64,000 bases of DNA. Origin: Eledone cirrhosa (lineage: Eukaryota). Where the stretch lies: NCBI GenBank assembly GCA_964016885.1, contig OZ024740.1:380928001-380992000 (forward strand), written 5' to 3'. This document shows positions 14,641 to 27,424 of this stretch, piece by piece. The notes beneath the pieces are model-generated. The model saw only the letters and a list, made by a program, of their open reading frames with translations, was not told the DNA's origin and ran no database searches. Position numbers and translations under genes: made by a program. Every line of letters starts with the position of its first letter. The first letter of the stretch is position 1.

Positions 14641-15413
14641 GGCTGTTGGTATATAGCGAACGGACTACAAAGAAAATTCTAGACAGTGGCTGAGAAACGA
14701 TGGACTCAAAGTTGTAAGTCGAACGATTTTTAAATACGATAGACGATGTTCTCGCTAGCATGTAATAAAATATAATACAATAAGTATCTACAAAAATTGT
14801 TTCTGGAAGCCCAGTCTTAGCCCAAAGTGATACATTTAAAGGCAAAACGGAGTTGTGTTTCATATATTAGAAATTATGCCAACATTATGGGTAAACGGGT
14901 GCCAAAAACGTTACATCAAAGAAGGACAAGGAAAACTGGCCGAATATGTTTTGTTGTTAATCACAAGTATTGTTGTCTCTAATAGTAATTCAGAAATATT
15001 TGGAAATAGCGATGATCTGAATGTGAGGATCGGAAGCAGAAACAACTCCTGTAGTTTAAAGAGTTTTGAGAATGATTAACACACAGAGTGGGATTTTGGT
15101 TCTTTTCGGACAAGGTGTATATATTTCACGGACACGCACTCGCGTATATGATGGATTCTTACTTATTTCTTATTGCTAGTGAACATAACTACAGTTGTTA
15201 GTAATTCTTATTTTTTCTCAGCTTATGATTAAATACATAACTAAAAGTACAGACAACATAATACACAACTCACAGAAATACGACTGGGAACTACACGCAT
15301 CTTACTCAAAAACGAGACTAATCAAGATGTTCTTGAGGTGTGTCGAGCTGGGCGGCGTTGTGTAGTGAAAGCGCAAAGCGAAACTACAACCAGGGGAAAA
15401 TACAAATAATAAT

Positions 15414-15737
15414 TGTTTTTACTTTTGGCACAAGGCCAGCAATTATTCCAGTGTATTACTGATACTTTATTTTATCGACCCCGTAAGGATGAAAGGCAAA
15501 GTTAACCTCGGCGGGATTTGAACTCAGACCATAAAGGGCCGTAACTCAAATAATAATAATTGTTTCTACTTTTGGCACAAGGCCAGCAATTATTCCAGTG
15601 TATTACTGGTACTTTATTTTATCGACCCCGTAAGGATGAAAGGCAAAGTTAACCTCGGTGGGATTTGAACTCAGACCGTAAAGGGCCGTAACTCTATGCT
15701 GCAAAGCATGGCGTTCGACCCTCTACCAATACTGCCA
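15414..15737 (-). mobile_element. Two tandem SINE family A copies (15414-15546 truncated; 15561-15737)
   Basis: Reverse complement of the family A consensus; caaataataat duplicated at 15403 and 15547. Confidence 0.9.
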
Positions 15738-16434
15738 GTGAGGATTGTGTAGTTTATTATGGCTACTGTGTGCAATAGAGAAAACAAAGGGAGTTTCAAG
15801 ATTGTGATAGAGTGAGTAAGTGAATGAGTAAGAAAAGGGAGGGGGATGTGTATATGTTTATGTCTCATAGACACACTCAGAAATAAAGAGCGGGAATGAG
15901 GGAGAAGAAGGAAAGAAAGAAGTCGGGAATATATAAAAGGGAGAAGAGTGGATGAAAGACAAATACGTAAATTTGTTTTAAAAGGAGCTGGTGATGGGAG
16001 GATGTGAGGGGAGATAAAGATAAACTTCGCAAGTGATATCGGTGTCAAATTTTCTTTTCTTCTTTTTAGTTCGGCGGTGGGGTCGAAAGAAATGGAGAAG
16101 AAGAGAGTAAAAGAGAAAGGAAAATTGAGTTATGTTGGCATTGAGAAAAATCAAACAATCTAGCTTTGTACTTTGATAGACTCCCTGTCCCAGTTTCACA
16201 CATCATAACCTACATCATACTAAAAAAGAGCATTTATAATATAGCAATGAACAAAGACAGAAATCACAATAATCATCATTTCATTTCTGAAATACATACG
16301 AGAATCCTCAAAATGTAGTCACTCCCCCCACCCACCACTAACACATATTCTCTTTCTTTTTACTTTCCTTTCTGTGACTTCATTTTTTTTTCAGGTTTGG
16401 CGTAAAGTGACATATTCAACTAATATATATACAT

Positions 16435-16544
<110 letters not shown>

Positions 16545-16614
16545 GTCTCCGCGCGTGTGTGTAGTATATTTCGATTACAAACATACATGTATATATATGT
16601 ATATAAATATTATA

Positions 16615-16791
16615 TAAAGGAAAGGCAAAGGAAAAAAGAGTGCTCTATGTATAGAACAGAGTTAATTAGAAAGTGAACAACGCAAAATATAATTACTCCG
16701 TTACCAAAGGTTTCTGGATCACAGACGGTAATAATATACGTCTGTGTTCCAGAAACCTTTGGTAATGGAGTAGTTATATTTTGTGTTGTTC

Positions 16792-16796
<5 letters not shown>
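16615..16796 (-). mobile_element. Fold-back unit (arms 16670-16727 / 16739-16796) with unpaired tail 16615-16669, between TA-rich arrays; probable PLE pseudo-LTR derivative
   Basis: ~58-bp inverted arms with ~4 mismatches; each arm carries the 3' half of a hammerhead (GAAAC-CTTTG-GT-A). Confidence 0.7.
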
Positions 16797-16875
<79 letters not shown>

Positions 16876-17045
16876 AATAAATAAAAACAATGAAACAGTT
16901 CCTTATATTAAAAATTCATCATTTTACGATCGTTTCTAGAATATATATGTGTGTTGGTATGTATGTATATCATATAAAAATTTTACAAACTATCAGAGGG
17001 AATATACATACCTACACATATATATGCTGTCTTCAGAAATATTTA

Positions 17046-18339
17046 TCTATATATATAAAACAGAGGATGTCTGTCTGTGTGTCTGTTTCCCTAAAACTCG
17101 AGAAGTACCCAACCGTTTTTTTTTCAAACTTTACACATGTAACCCGCATGGCCCCGGAAGTGTTTTGAGCAAAACAAAATTTCAAATTATTCTAACCTAG
17201 GGGTCGAATTAGTGAAGTGATCAATGTCTGTACATAATGAGGGAGTGAGAGGGGAGAGAAAGAAACGGAGAGGCGAAGTGAAGAAGTGGCTCTCTACTCA
17301 TCCTCCTCCTTCTCCCCATTCGTCACAGCGTTTTTCGATAGAGGGGAGAAATGTGAACGAGTTACAGAGAGAAAGAGTGAGAGTGAAAGAAACAGACAGA
17401 CTAAAAGAGGGGGATAGCGGGAGAGAGAGAGAGAGAGTGACGGACGCCGTCTTTTGAGCGTTGTATGCGTCAAAGATACATGACAGTGGAATAACTATTG
17501 CGTGTGTGTGTACGTGCGCGCGTGTGTGTGTGAGTTTGTGAGCGTTTGCCTGCGTGAGTGTGTATGTGTGCGTGAGTGATTATAAACTCTCTCACATGGT
17601 CTGATGGAATTAATCCTTTAGCATTTACATTACTGTATATATACTCTATTATTTTCATGGTAAAGGCTTTATCTCACATAATATAAAAATCTCATAGATT
17701 TAATTTTATTTATTTTGAGAACAATACCTTAACCCTTTAGTATTAATATGAGTGAGTTATAAAGAGAAAGAGTGAGAGTGAAAGAAACAGACAGACTAAA
17801 AGAGGGGGATAGCAGGAGAGAGAGAGATAGACGCTGGAAAAGGGGAAGGAAAGCTATATGTCTTGCTGTCTTCATTACGATACATATATATACACACACA
17901 CACACTGATCGCGTCATAATGACGTAATGCAGACAGATATTATAAGGGCGCAACGTTATATCTATGTATCTATCTAAAAAGAAAGACTAAGAATTATAGA
18001 GAGAGATTGCTAAATCGCCTAATGCGGTCCCTAGGGCATTGAAAATTCGAAATATATTTTGCTCAAAACACTCACAGAACCATAAGTATTACATGTGTAA
18101 AGTTTGAAAACAATCGGTTGGGTGGTTCTCAAGTTTTAGTGTGCTTACAGACAGACATTCTCTGTTTTAGATATATAGATATATATATAATTATATATTC
18201 GTGTACAGATATTTTTGCATACACAATAACAAAATATAAATAAACGTATTTATTTCACGAGGCTCAATAAGGATAAATATATATTAAATATATAAGAACC
18301 CTAGAGCAAATCCCGAGCAACGCCGGGCCATTCTGCTAG
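17046..18339 (+). mobile_element. Composite non-autonomous Helitron (family 1) with nested fragments
   Basis: A|TCTATATATATAAAA start; cccg-agcaacgc-cggg hairpin and CTAG|T end (18336-18339); contains a MITE fragment, a duplicated ~70-bp segment and an inverted family 1 head (17920-18179). Confidence 0.65.
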
Positions 18340-18931
18340 TATATATATAAAACTGAGGATGTCTGTCTGTGTGTGTGAGCTTGAATCCCTAAAACTAGAG
18401 AAGCACCCAATCGACTGTTTTCAAACTTTACACATGTAATACTTATGTTTCAGGGAGTGTTCTGAGCAAAAATAATTTCATATTTTCAATGCTCTAGGGA
18501 CCGCATTAGGCGATTTAGCGATCTCTCTCTATAATTCTTAGTCTTTCTCTTTTTAGATAGATAGATACATATAACGTCGCGCCCTTATAATATATGTCTG
18601 TATGTCTGGCTGTCTGCATTACGTCACTTCCTACAATTCGCTATGCGTCCAGAACGCGCCCTTATAATATATGTCTGTCTGTATGTCTGGCTGTCTGCTG
18701 CCTCCGGTTATTCAGCCACCCTTGCTCAAGACAATTCTCACACTCATTCCCCAAACAATTGGTAGGTGCACACAACTTCTTCCTCACGTTTTAAGCCACA
18801 GTGTTGCTTACTTACGTACCACCAGACCCTTACTCCTTTGCCAGCTGTGGTTGTGGCAATACTAAGCTTAGCTAAGGCGGTTATATATTTCACAATACAT
18901 TATCCCGTGCAACGCCGGGTACCACTGCTAG
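18340..18931 (+). mobile_element. Non-autonomous Helitron (family 1), head-to-tail with the previous copy
   Basis: tatatatataaaactgaggatgtctgtctg head; cccg-tgcaacgc-cggg hairpin, then CTAG|T at 18928-18931. Confidence 0.85.
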
Positions 18932-18989
18932 TATATATATAAAAGCAAAATAAATGAGGGAGATGCAATACGTTTAAAACCAACTTTTA

Positions 18990-19104
18990 CTTCTTACATT
19001 ATGTTTCATCCCTACAACAGCGAGTAACAGCTCATACATTATTTTTTGTGTACGCACGTGTATACTTTGTTGTTAATGCTATTGGTATAGAATCTTCAGA
19101 GAAG
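18990..19104 (-). ncRNA. Type I hammerhead ribozyme motif with a long stem II insert
   Basis: Minus strand: cttct-CTGAAGA-ttctata..~70 nt..tgtagggat-GAA-acat-a-atgt-A-agaag; stems I and III pair, stem II is irregular. Confidence 0.65.
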
Positions 19105-19152
19105 ATATAATTGTTAATACTGATGCCAATTATATATCTATATATCTATCTA

Positions 19153-19262
<110 letters not shown>

Positions 19263-19924
19263 GATAGAACCAGTTTAAACTAGTTAGACCGTTACTCAAC
19301 AGAGTAGTCAATACTTGGGATAGTAGTGTATGACTATATTAGAAAGAGTCGATTCATACCAAATATAATCATATACAGTATATATATATAAAGTAAAACA
19401 ATGAAGTTTCGTCTACATTTAGTTAGTTTTTTTTATTGTGTTTCACAGAGGATTGGCTCAAGGTGGGTGACCCATAGAATTTATAGACCCGACTCCATTA
19501 TCGATATGCTCTTCAGACTGGTGATTCAAATTACTTGTAAATGTAACTTCAACGTTTTTCTTAATATATGCACTCTACCTATGAATCGAGTGTTTATTTT
19601 GATACCACCACCAGTAAGAGCGATTCTATTATAATCAAATCTTACTACTATATTAAATAAAGAGTATACTTTGCTGACAAGATCTCATAAACGTGAAAAC
19701 ATGTACGGAATTGTTGTAATGCTTACTGACAAGCAGATTATTCCAATATTAACCATTGAATTAATTCCCCACTTGCAAACTTGCAACAATATTACATGCC
19801 TTATTTCGTTTTTAATTCTGTCGATGAATGTGTACATGTGCATGTGTTTGTGTATGTGCACGTATGCATGTGTGCATGTCTGAATGTATGTGTGTATGCG
19901 TATGCGTGTATGTGCGCGTGTATG

Positions 19925-19963
<39 letters not shown>

Positions 19964-20315
19964 AAATATTAATCTTTTCTTCTGTGTGGTTGTTAGTAGT
20001 ACGTAATACGTCTTGTTTAGTCAGTATTTCCTAGTGGAATTTGCCATACATTCTGTTGGAATCTACAATAACAACCAGGAAAATTACACTGCAACAATCG
20101 CAAGGGAAAGATGTTAAACAGACGTTCCAATCATCAGCAGATCTATTATTTTAATATACAGAATCTAAAGTGACCGTTTCCAGCGATAAGGTGTGGTTAT
20201 AAGAATTGAACGAATGACATTTAACAGATGTATATGGCAAACATTATATCCATGAATATATATATGTATATATATATACACAGACACATTATATACATAC
20301 ATACATATATACATT

Positions 20316-20366
<51 letters not shown>

Positions 20367-20379
20367 ATATATATGTATT

Positions 20380-20430
<51 letters not shown>

Positions 20431-20432
20431 AT

Positions 20433-20628
20433 AATTGTTTCTACTTTTGGCACAAGGCCAGCAATTATCCCAGAGTATTACTGGTACTTTATTTTATCGA
20501 CCCCGTAAGGATGAAAGGCAAAGTTAACCTCGGCGGGATTTGAACTCAGATCATAAAGGGCCGTAACGTAACTCTTTTCTTTGCTGCAAAGCATGCGTCA
20601 GACCCTCTACCGATACTGCCAATCCACA
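20433..20628 (-). mobile_element. SINE family A, full length
   Basis: Matches the copies at 35568 and 38517. Confidence 0.9.
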
Positions 20629-20794
20629 CCCTATGTGTATATATAATAATAAGTTGACGGGACTAGCTTGAGTTTCGCTGCTAGTACCGGTTGCATCTCA
20701 GCGTACTCAATAGGTAATGTTATGTAAAATCCGAGAGTAGACACAGATTCATTTGTTTAATACAACACAAGTAAATGGGTACCTCAAATCCATA

Positions 20795-20905
20795 CCTGTA
20801 CTCCAGTTTCGGTCACACTTAATGCAACAATAGAGTGCATAGCATGCACTGTCTGTATCTATTATGCAACAATGCACAATCGGCGCATGTGGCTTCATCA
20901 CCGGG
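20795..20905 (-). ncRNA. Decayed hammerhead motif
   Basis: Minus strand: cccg-GTGATGA-agccacat..gtgtgacc-GAAAC-tgga-GT-A-cagg; core C3 mutated and stems imperfect. Confidence 0.45.
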
Positions 20906-21049
20906 TTTCGCCTTATCAATAACCAATTGATCGACAGAATTCGATTCCAGTCCGTGTCGCCTATGACTGAATGTGACGGTCAACACAATAATACAATAGC
21001 AACTGAAATCCCTTGGCGTCACCATAATGCCGTCAAACCGATTGATAGG

Positions 21050-22165
21050 GAAAGCCACTTCATGGTACGACAACCAGAGATACCAGAGTGTCATGTTCGT
21101 GGATGCTACCCCTGGGAGTAAATTAGCTAACCAATGTAGAAAGGCTCTTAGAAAGACCTACTTAAAGATTAAAGTGGTAGTAAAACTAGGAACTACCATA
21201 AAATCCATGATCAACAAAACATACCTCTTTAAGAGAACCCACAATACTAATGAGAAATACGTTATATGTAAAGTTAACCCCCAGATAAACTGTAAAACTA
21301 GAAATGTAGTCTATAGCATAAGATGTAAGAGGGAACTTGCAGAAACATGACAACTACATACATAGGTGAAACAGCTCGAAGCATAGGAGAAAGAATAGAC
21401 CAACACTGGGGGTAATTAAAAGGACAAAAAACGGTTCAGTACTATACGAACACGCCAGACAAAAACATGACGGTAACATAGACAACATAGAAATTAAAAT
21501 AATATCTAAACATAGAAATGACCCAACAGGAAGGCAAATCAGAGAAGCGAGCGAAATAGATCTTAGAAAACCAAGATTAAACAGAAAAAATGAACGGAAT
21601 AACAACAACAACCATACCCAAACAAACAATACTGACTTCAGAGAAATATAAATAAATAAATAAATATATACACAAGTACAATAACAACAAACACATATAA
21701 ACACGCACTAGTAAACAAAGATAGCATACAAAAACCAAAACACATACACCCAAACGCGAACACACACACACCAACATTATACACACACGCAAACGCATGC
21801 GCAGAGACGGAGACAAAAATAAATAAATAAATAAATAAAATAAAAATGGCGTGAACATTACAATACAACACAATAGGAGGAAACATGATGATGTTGCAGA
21901 TGTGCAACGAAAGAACTTTGTTAGACTATTTATATATATATTTATATCTGTATTTTTAACCGTTGGTCAGTCAATGATAAACATTGATAGCCAAATAAAG
22001 TAACTATGGAGATATAAAAGATATAGAAGCGAAAACCAACAAAACAGTGAGTTTGTTCTGTTATTATTTCTGGCAATATTATTACAACAATATGACCCTC
22101 CCCAAGCATAACAATATTTGTTTCGACACACAATTTCATATTAAAAACCTTGCAAAACAAATTCA
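21050..22165 (+). mobile_element. 5'-truncated Penelope-like element: GIY-YIG endonuclease remnant plus pseudo-LTR
   Basis: WYDNQRYQSVMFVDATPGS..CKTRNVVYSIRC; after frameshifts YIGETARSIGERIDQH..SVLYEH..RQIREA..PRLNRKNE; hammerhead remnant at ~21885-21920. Confidence 0.85.
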
Positions 22166-22235
22166 ATGATTCTTAGCCATTTTGAATTCATTTCTGGCGG
22201 GGATCATGGTAGAAAAATCTTAATCCAGTTGAGGT

Positions 22236-22302
22236 ATCTCCTGATGAGTTCCGAGCCTCGGTATATACAAAATGTGGAACGAAACCGCCGGGTGGTAGAG
22301 AT
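22236..22302 (+). ncRNA. Complete type I hammerhead ribozyme motif
   Basis: atctc-CTGATGA-gttcc-(23 nt)-ggaac-GAAA-ccgcc-g-ggtgg-TA-gagat; all three stems pair; predicted cleavage after 22297. Confidence 0.85.
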
Positions 22303-22543
22303 TATGAAGCTTCTGTTAAAGTTTATGTACATTTTTTCTTCTAACTTCGATTTTGTACCTAATTATGTGTATTTAACTATATTTCTAGTCAATTTCTACA
22401 GGCTAGTAGTAATATTAGGTAAATATCATGTAGCTGTACGTCGCGGAAAAGAAGCTATATCATTTGTCTATTAATCCTTCATAAGTACATTTTAAACTTA
22501 TAGCCTTGTTTAAATGATTTTTGTGTGGTTGATTTATACTGAT

Positions 22544-22592
22544 TGGGAGAGGAAATACCGTATTTATTTTATCTAATGTTTCTTTGGACTTA

Positions 22593-22638
<46 letters not shown>

Positions 22639-22687
22639 TAAGTCCAAAGAAACATTAGATAAAATAAATACGGTATTTCCTCTCCCA
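22544..22687. repeat. Perfect inverted repeat centred on a (TA)n array
   Basis: tgggagaggaaataccg..ggacttactttta-(TA)n-reverse complement; third partial copy at ~22692-22706; arm similar to 30539-30590. Confidence 0.9.
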
Positions 22688-22704
22688 TATATAAAAGTAA
22701 GTCC

Positions 22705-22743
<39 letters not shown>

Positions 22744-23548
22744 TAAATATAATGTGTGTGTTTTATGTACATAAAGACAAGCATTAAATGAAAAATCACT
22801 CAAGAAATATAACTAAAATCTGTTAGATACGCAGTGACTAACAACAGAATGTTTTAAGTCTGCATGTCTATCTGACATATATGCGTAGCTTGTGAATAAA
22901 ACAATTCAAGGCGTTTCGCTGGCCGTGGTGATTCCTGCCAAACATCTTTTGTAATGTACCGTCTTATTGGCTAATCAACCAATCAGAGTAATTGTTGCTC
23001 AAAAGAATCCGCCACTTTGTTTGCACGTTTATTTATCGTTTCGCTTTCGAATCTTCGTCTTGTTTTCGTCGTTTTTATCACCAAAATATTTTTCTCGTTT
23101 TGGTAAGTTATATTGTTAATTTATATATGATTTTTTAAATTTAAATTAACTATTTTCTTTTCAGTTCGTTATAACATGCTTATAATATTGGTTGTATCAT
23201 ATTTACTTGTATATTTGTCCATTTATTGTTCGTTTTATGTTAGATTATTTTATTATTATTATATTAGTTTATGTTTTTTATTATTATGTTAGACTATTTG
23301 TATGTAATATTTAATTTTTATTAAATCAACTATAACAATTATTATGTAAAATATATTTTTTTAATATTGATTGTTTTTTGTAGTTGTTTATATTAAAAGT
23401 CTGAAAATATGTTTATACATCTTACAATAATATTTATAAGATCATTTATAAAATAACAATTATATAATCTAATTACATTACAACGATAATTTATTATTAA
23501 TATATATCATGTTTAACTAGAGTTATTACAAGCGTTGCCTTAACAAAA

Positions 23549-23908
23549 TATTAAACTAGACCTGAAAAATGCGCAAGCTCAAAATAGCCACAGAATGTTA
23601 TAATAAACCTTCAAAAGTGTGGGACTAGAGTTGTTGCTCAAAAATATTGTAATCATTATCTATCTTAGACACTGTGGCATCCTTTTATAAAAAAGAGACT
23701 CATAACGAACTCAAGACGACACGATAATTATTTAAGTGAATTTATAATATAGAATTCGGTTTAAGTGCATTTCGTATTAATCATTACTAAACGTCTAATA
23801 TGAGATATTGAACATTAGCGTGACTATAGTCTGACACTTTTTAAGGTTTATTATAATATTCTGTGGTTCTTTTGAGCTTGCGCACTTTTCAGATCTAGTA
23901 TATAATAT
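23549..23908. mobile_element. MITE-like element with ~85-bp imperfect inverted repeats
   Basis: 23549-23631 is the reverse complement of 23822-23908, with scattered mismatches; TSD not resolved. Confidence 0.6.
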
Positions 23909-24143
23909 GTTTTGCATGAGGTCGACACCGTATGCATGCTTATGAGTGTGTGTGCGCGCAAACATTGTTTCATGTTTATATTCAACTATACGAGGAAGCC
24001 GTATATAGTCGAATTAAATCGACTCAATTATACTATTGGTATTTATTTTTTAATGCAAGAAACATTAGAATACACCATTGAAACTTGAAATACTACTGTA
24101 GAAGCTTCATAATATCAACTCAATCTCTCCTACTCCTCTTTCT

Positions 24144-24202
<59 letters not shown>

Positions 24203-25102
24203 ACTGCCTTTCTTTCTTTTACTCTCTTGTCACTCTGTACCATCATTTCTATTCTATTGTCCCTGTGAGAAGATTCGAGTTGACTTACTGGGCGTGGCTT
24301 GACAACGGAGAAGAAACGTTTGTAAGCTCTGGACAGTCTTACACCGTCTGACTAACTACACGGAATGTGTATGTGTGAACGTGCTTATGTACGTGTTCTT
24401 CTATAAATTAACCTAAAAAAAATGTTTCCTTTAAAATGAAACAGAATTAAAACTGAGAGACTGAAAGAATGTATGAGTATGTATTTGTATGTATGTAGGG
24501 CGGTGATGAAAGAGGAAGAAGGAAGGAAAGAAAGAAAAGAAAGAAGAAAAAACAATGTATAGATATGTATGTGTGGGTATGTGGTTCTGGGATGAAAGGA
24601 GAAAGAAAGAAATGAGAAGTAAAAATAAAGAAAGAAAACAATATACAAAATAAAAGTAAGTCAACGAGGAATGAAAACAAAATAAAAATCAATCATGTAA
24701 AAAGCAAAGAACAAAACAATGGGTGAGTGAATGAATAAATGAATAAATGAATAAATGAATGAATAAATGAATAAATGAATGAATGAGAAAGTAAGCCTGC
24801 AAGAAGCAAAGAGTATAAGAAAAACAGACAAAAATATTTGTAAGAAAAAATAGGAAACAAGGTTCGTAAAAAAGAATATAGTGTGATGTGTAAGAGCAAA
24901 AGAGGAAAGAAAGAAGAGTATTAGGAAAGATAGAAAGAAAGAAGATTCACAAGAAAGAAGAGGAGAAAGCATTAAAAGTGAGTAAGGAGACCGAAGGAGA
25001 GATCAAAAGTGTGATTAAATAAATAAATAGAATTTGAAAACTTTGCATATCAGATTTCTCACGATTTTCTTCATTTCATTTGCGAGATGAGTTTTAGGGT
25101 GC

Positions 25103-25144
<42 letters not shown>

Positions 25145-25148
<4 letters not shown>

Positions 25149-25423
25149 AATTAGTATATCTACCAACATATATATACAGAAGCATACCTATGCAAGCAAA
25201 TATATAGGTTTTGTCTTAGTAACTTTGTGGTTCAATGCATGGGGATGCAGAACAATTATATGAAAGACGTAAAATAAGAAAATTATAAAAATTAACTTAC
25301 TTACTAAAATTTCACTCCAACTAATTAGTTTCTGAAAGGGAATAAACATGGTTTCCAAATGGAAATTTTAGTAAGTAAGTTAATTTTCATAATTTTCTTA
25401 TTTTACGTCTTTCATATAATTGT
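25145..25423 (-). mobile_element. Fold-back unit (arms 25251-25313 / 25362-25423) with tail next to (TA)n
   Basis: ~62-bp near-perfect arms; loop on the minus strand carries GAAAC-TAATTA-GT-T (hammerhead 3' half with palindromic stem III). Confidence 0.7.
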
Positions 25424-25895
25424 TGTAGTGACCTACAATCCGCGGGCTCACATACATTCTCTGTGCGTGATTTGGCTCAGCTCAGCCAATTAGCACCAGG
25501 AGAAGAGGATGTATCCCTACGCGTCTCGAGGGAGAAATAGCCCGCGAAGATTTGAGGAATCTCACTCTTGCAGCTCGACCACGCTAAGGTAAAACACCAC
25601 TTGTTCTTTTGCTCCGTAAGCACAAACAATATGTAACGACACAACAATTTTACTACGGACCTGGCCAAACGCCTCAGCCAGTTGACCGTATTTTCTCTTG
25701 TAATCTTAATTGAATTATTTCATTATTCTTGGCATGCCAACTTAATTCACTTCTTAACCTTTGTTAATAAATTATGTAAAAACAAGCTAAAGTCGTTGTC
25801 GATATTCCTATCATATCTTTCTACCAAAGATGGTTCCTCGTGGCAACATAACAACTCTCTAAATATAACTCTCTGCTAATTGGTGACCCTCGACG
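25424..25895 (+). mobile_element. Probable Gypsy-like 5' LTR followed by a tRNA-Trp primer binding site
   Basis: TGTAG start, AATAAA at ~25766, decayed cta(c)a end; TGGTGACCC(T)CGACG at 25881-25895 matches the complement of the tRNA-Trp 3' end; no gag/pol recognised. Confidence 0.6.
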
Positions 25896-26616
25896 ATTAA
25901 GTATGAAAACGCCGCCTATTTGAATTCGCCATTCGTTTTAATGGCTATGTGGAGTGGCTTAACATTTGGAATGTTCGAATCGGGTAGCTAGACTCACTTA
26001 GCGTAAGTCCATAAAATTCATAATATTCCATTTGTTGAAGCACGCGGCCTGCACAATGTTTCTGTCATAACTTTCATGGGAACACTAGTGACTCACGCAT
26101 ACAGACGAACACAAAAATACAATACAAAAGAAAGAGTTCGACGACTAACAAAATATTTCTCTTTTGGATTGAAAATTATGCGATGTTTTCTATCCGGTTG
26201 AGGTGGTTTGGCATATTTCAATTAGTTGATAAAATGAGTACGGTGACCACCGACTAAGAACAACTTGCCTTGCAAGCATAGTTTGATAAAAACAAAAAAC
26301 AAAAAACAAAAAACAAAAAACAAAAAAAAACAAAAAAGGATTTCTCTGGATATAGAATCTTGCTTTCAAACTTCTGTTAAAGTTACAAAATGAAGACTCA
26401 AAAATTTTGTTTTCCTGCGTACAGCTTGTCTTCTGCAATCCCAGCAATCTGATTGGCTGCATCGTGCCACATGACGGCTTCTTCATCACGGACACATTTT
26501 TCGATCGGCCATCTTGGGATTTTCTTGCTGAATAATTTTCATGGAAAATAATTTTTTTGTATTATTCAAATTTTCTTTAGAATATTTTTTAGAAAAAAAT
26601 TAGCAGTATTTCAAAA

Positions 26617-26711
<95 letters not shown>

Positions 26712-26847
26712 ATATAAGAAAGTGAGGTTTTTTTTCAAAATGAAAATAAAACGAGGTGTCCTACACGAGTGAAAGTATAAGGAAAAAAGATGAAATCGAA
26801 AATGCAACTGGAGTCTTTTTTTTTTTAAATATATATTTATTTGGTTC

Positions 26848-26883
26848 CTTTACCGGTTTCGCAGTTCTTCTGCTTTTCAAAAG
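26848..26883 (-). ncRNA. Minimal hammerhead motif with U3-A8 core variant
   Basis: Minus strand: ctt-TTGAAAA-gcag-aagaa-ctgc-GAA-accggt-A-aag. Confidence 0.7.
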
Positions 26884-27224
26884 TAGAATTGAGATGGAGG
26901 GTTTGTGGTTTTTCTCACATCTCCGCTTTAACCCTTAAGGGTGAAAGCAGCGATTCTTTGCTTAAACTTTAATTTGTTATATATATATATAAATGGAATA
27001 GAATGAAACGAAATTTCATTTCTCACTCTTAGTACGGCACTTAAATTATTTTGACATTTAAATAAATCTAAGGTAAAAGCCTAATTGTCAACAATATGTT
27101 TTGCATTTGCATTCTTTATTCTATGTCCATACCTGCATTGTTTTGGCTTTATTATATATATACAAACGTTTATACCTCATTACACAATGCTTCAAGTGAA
27201 CTATAACTTCCTCATATATATATA

Positions 27225-27271
<47 letters not shown>

Positions 27272-27424
27272 ATAATACTATTTATAGTTATGTATATAGT
27301 ATAAACAACTATAAACAGGGAGGTCAGTAAGTTCTTAATTACCTTATTACCAGTAAGAGAAAAAGCTCAATGTATGAACATCAGTTGTTTTACAAGCAGG
27401 AAAAAAAATATATATATATACATA

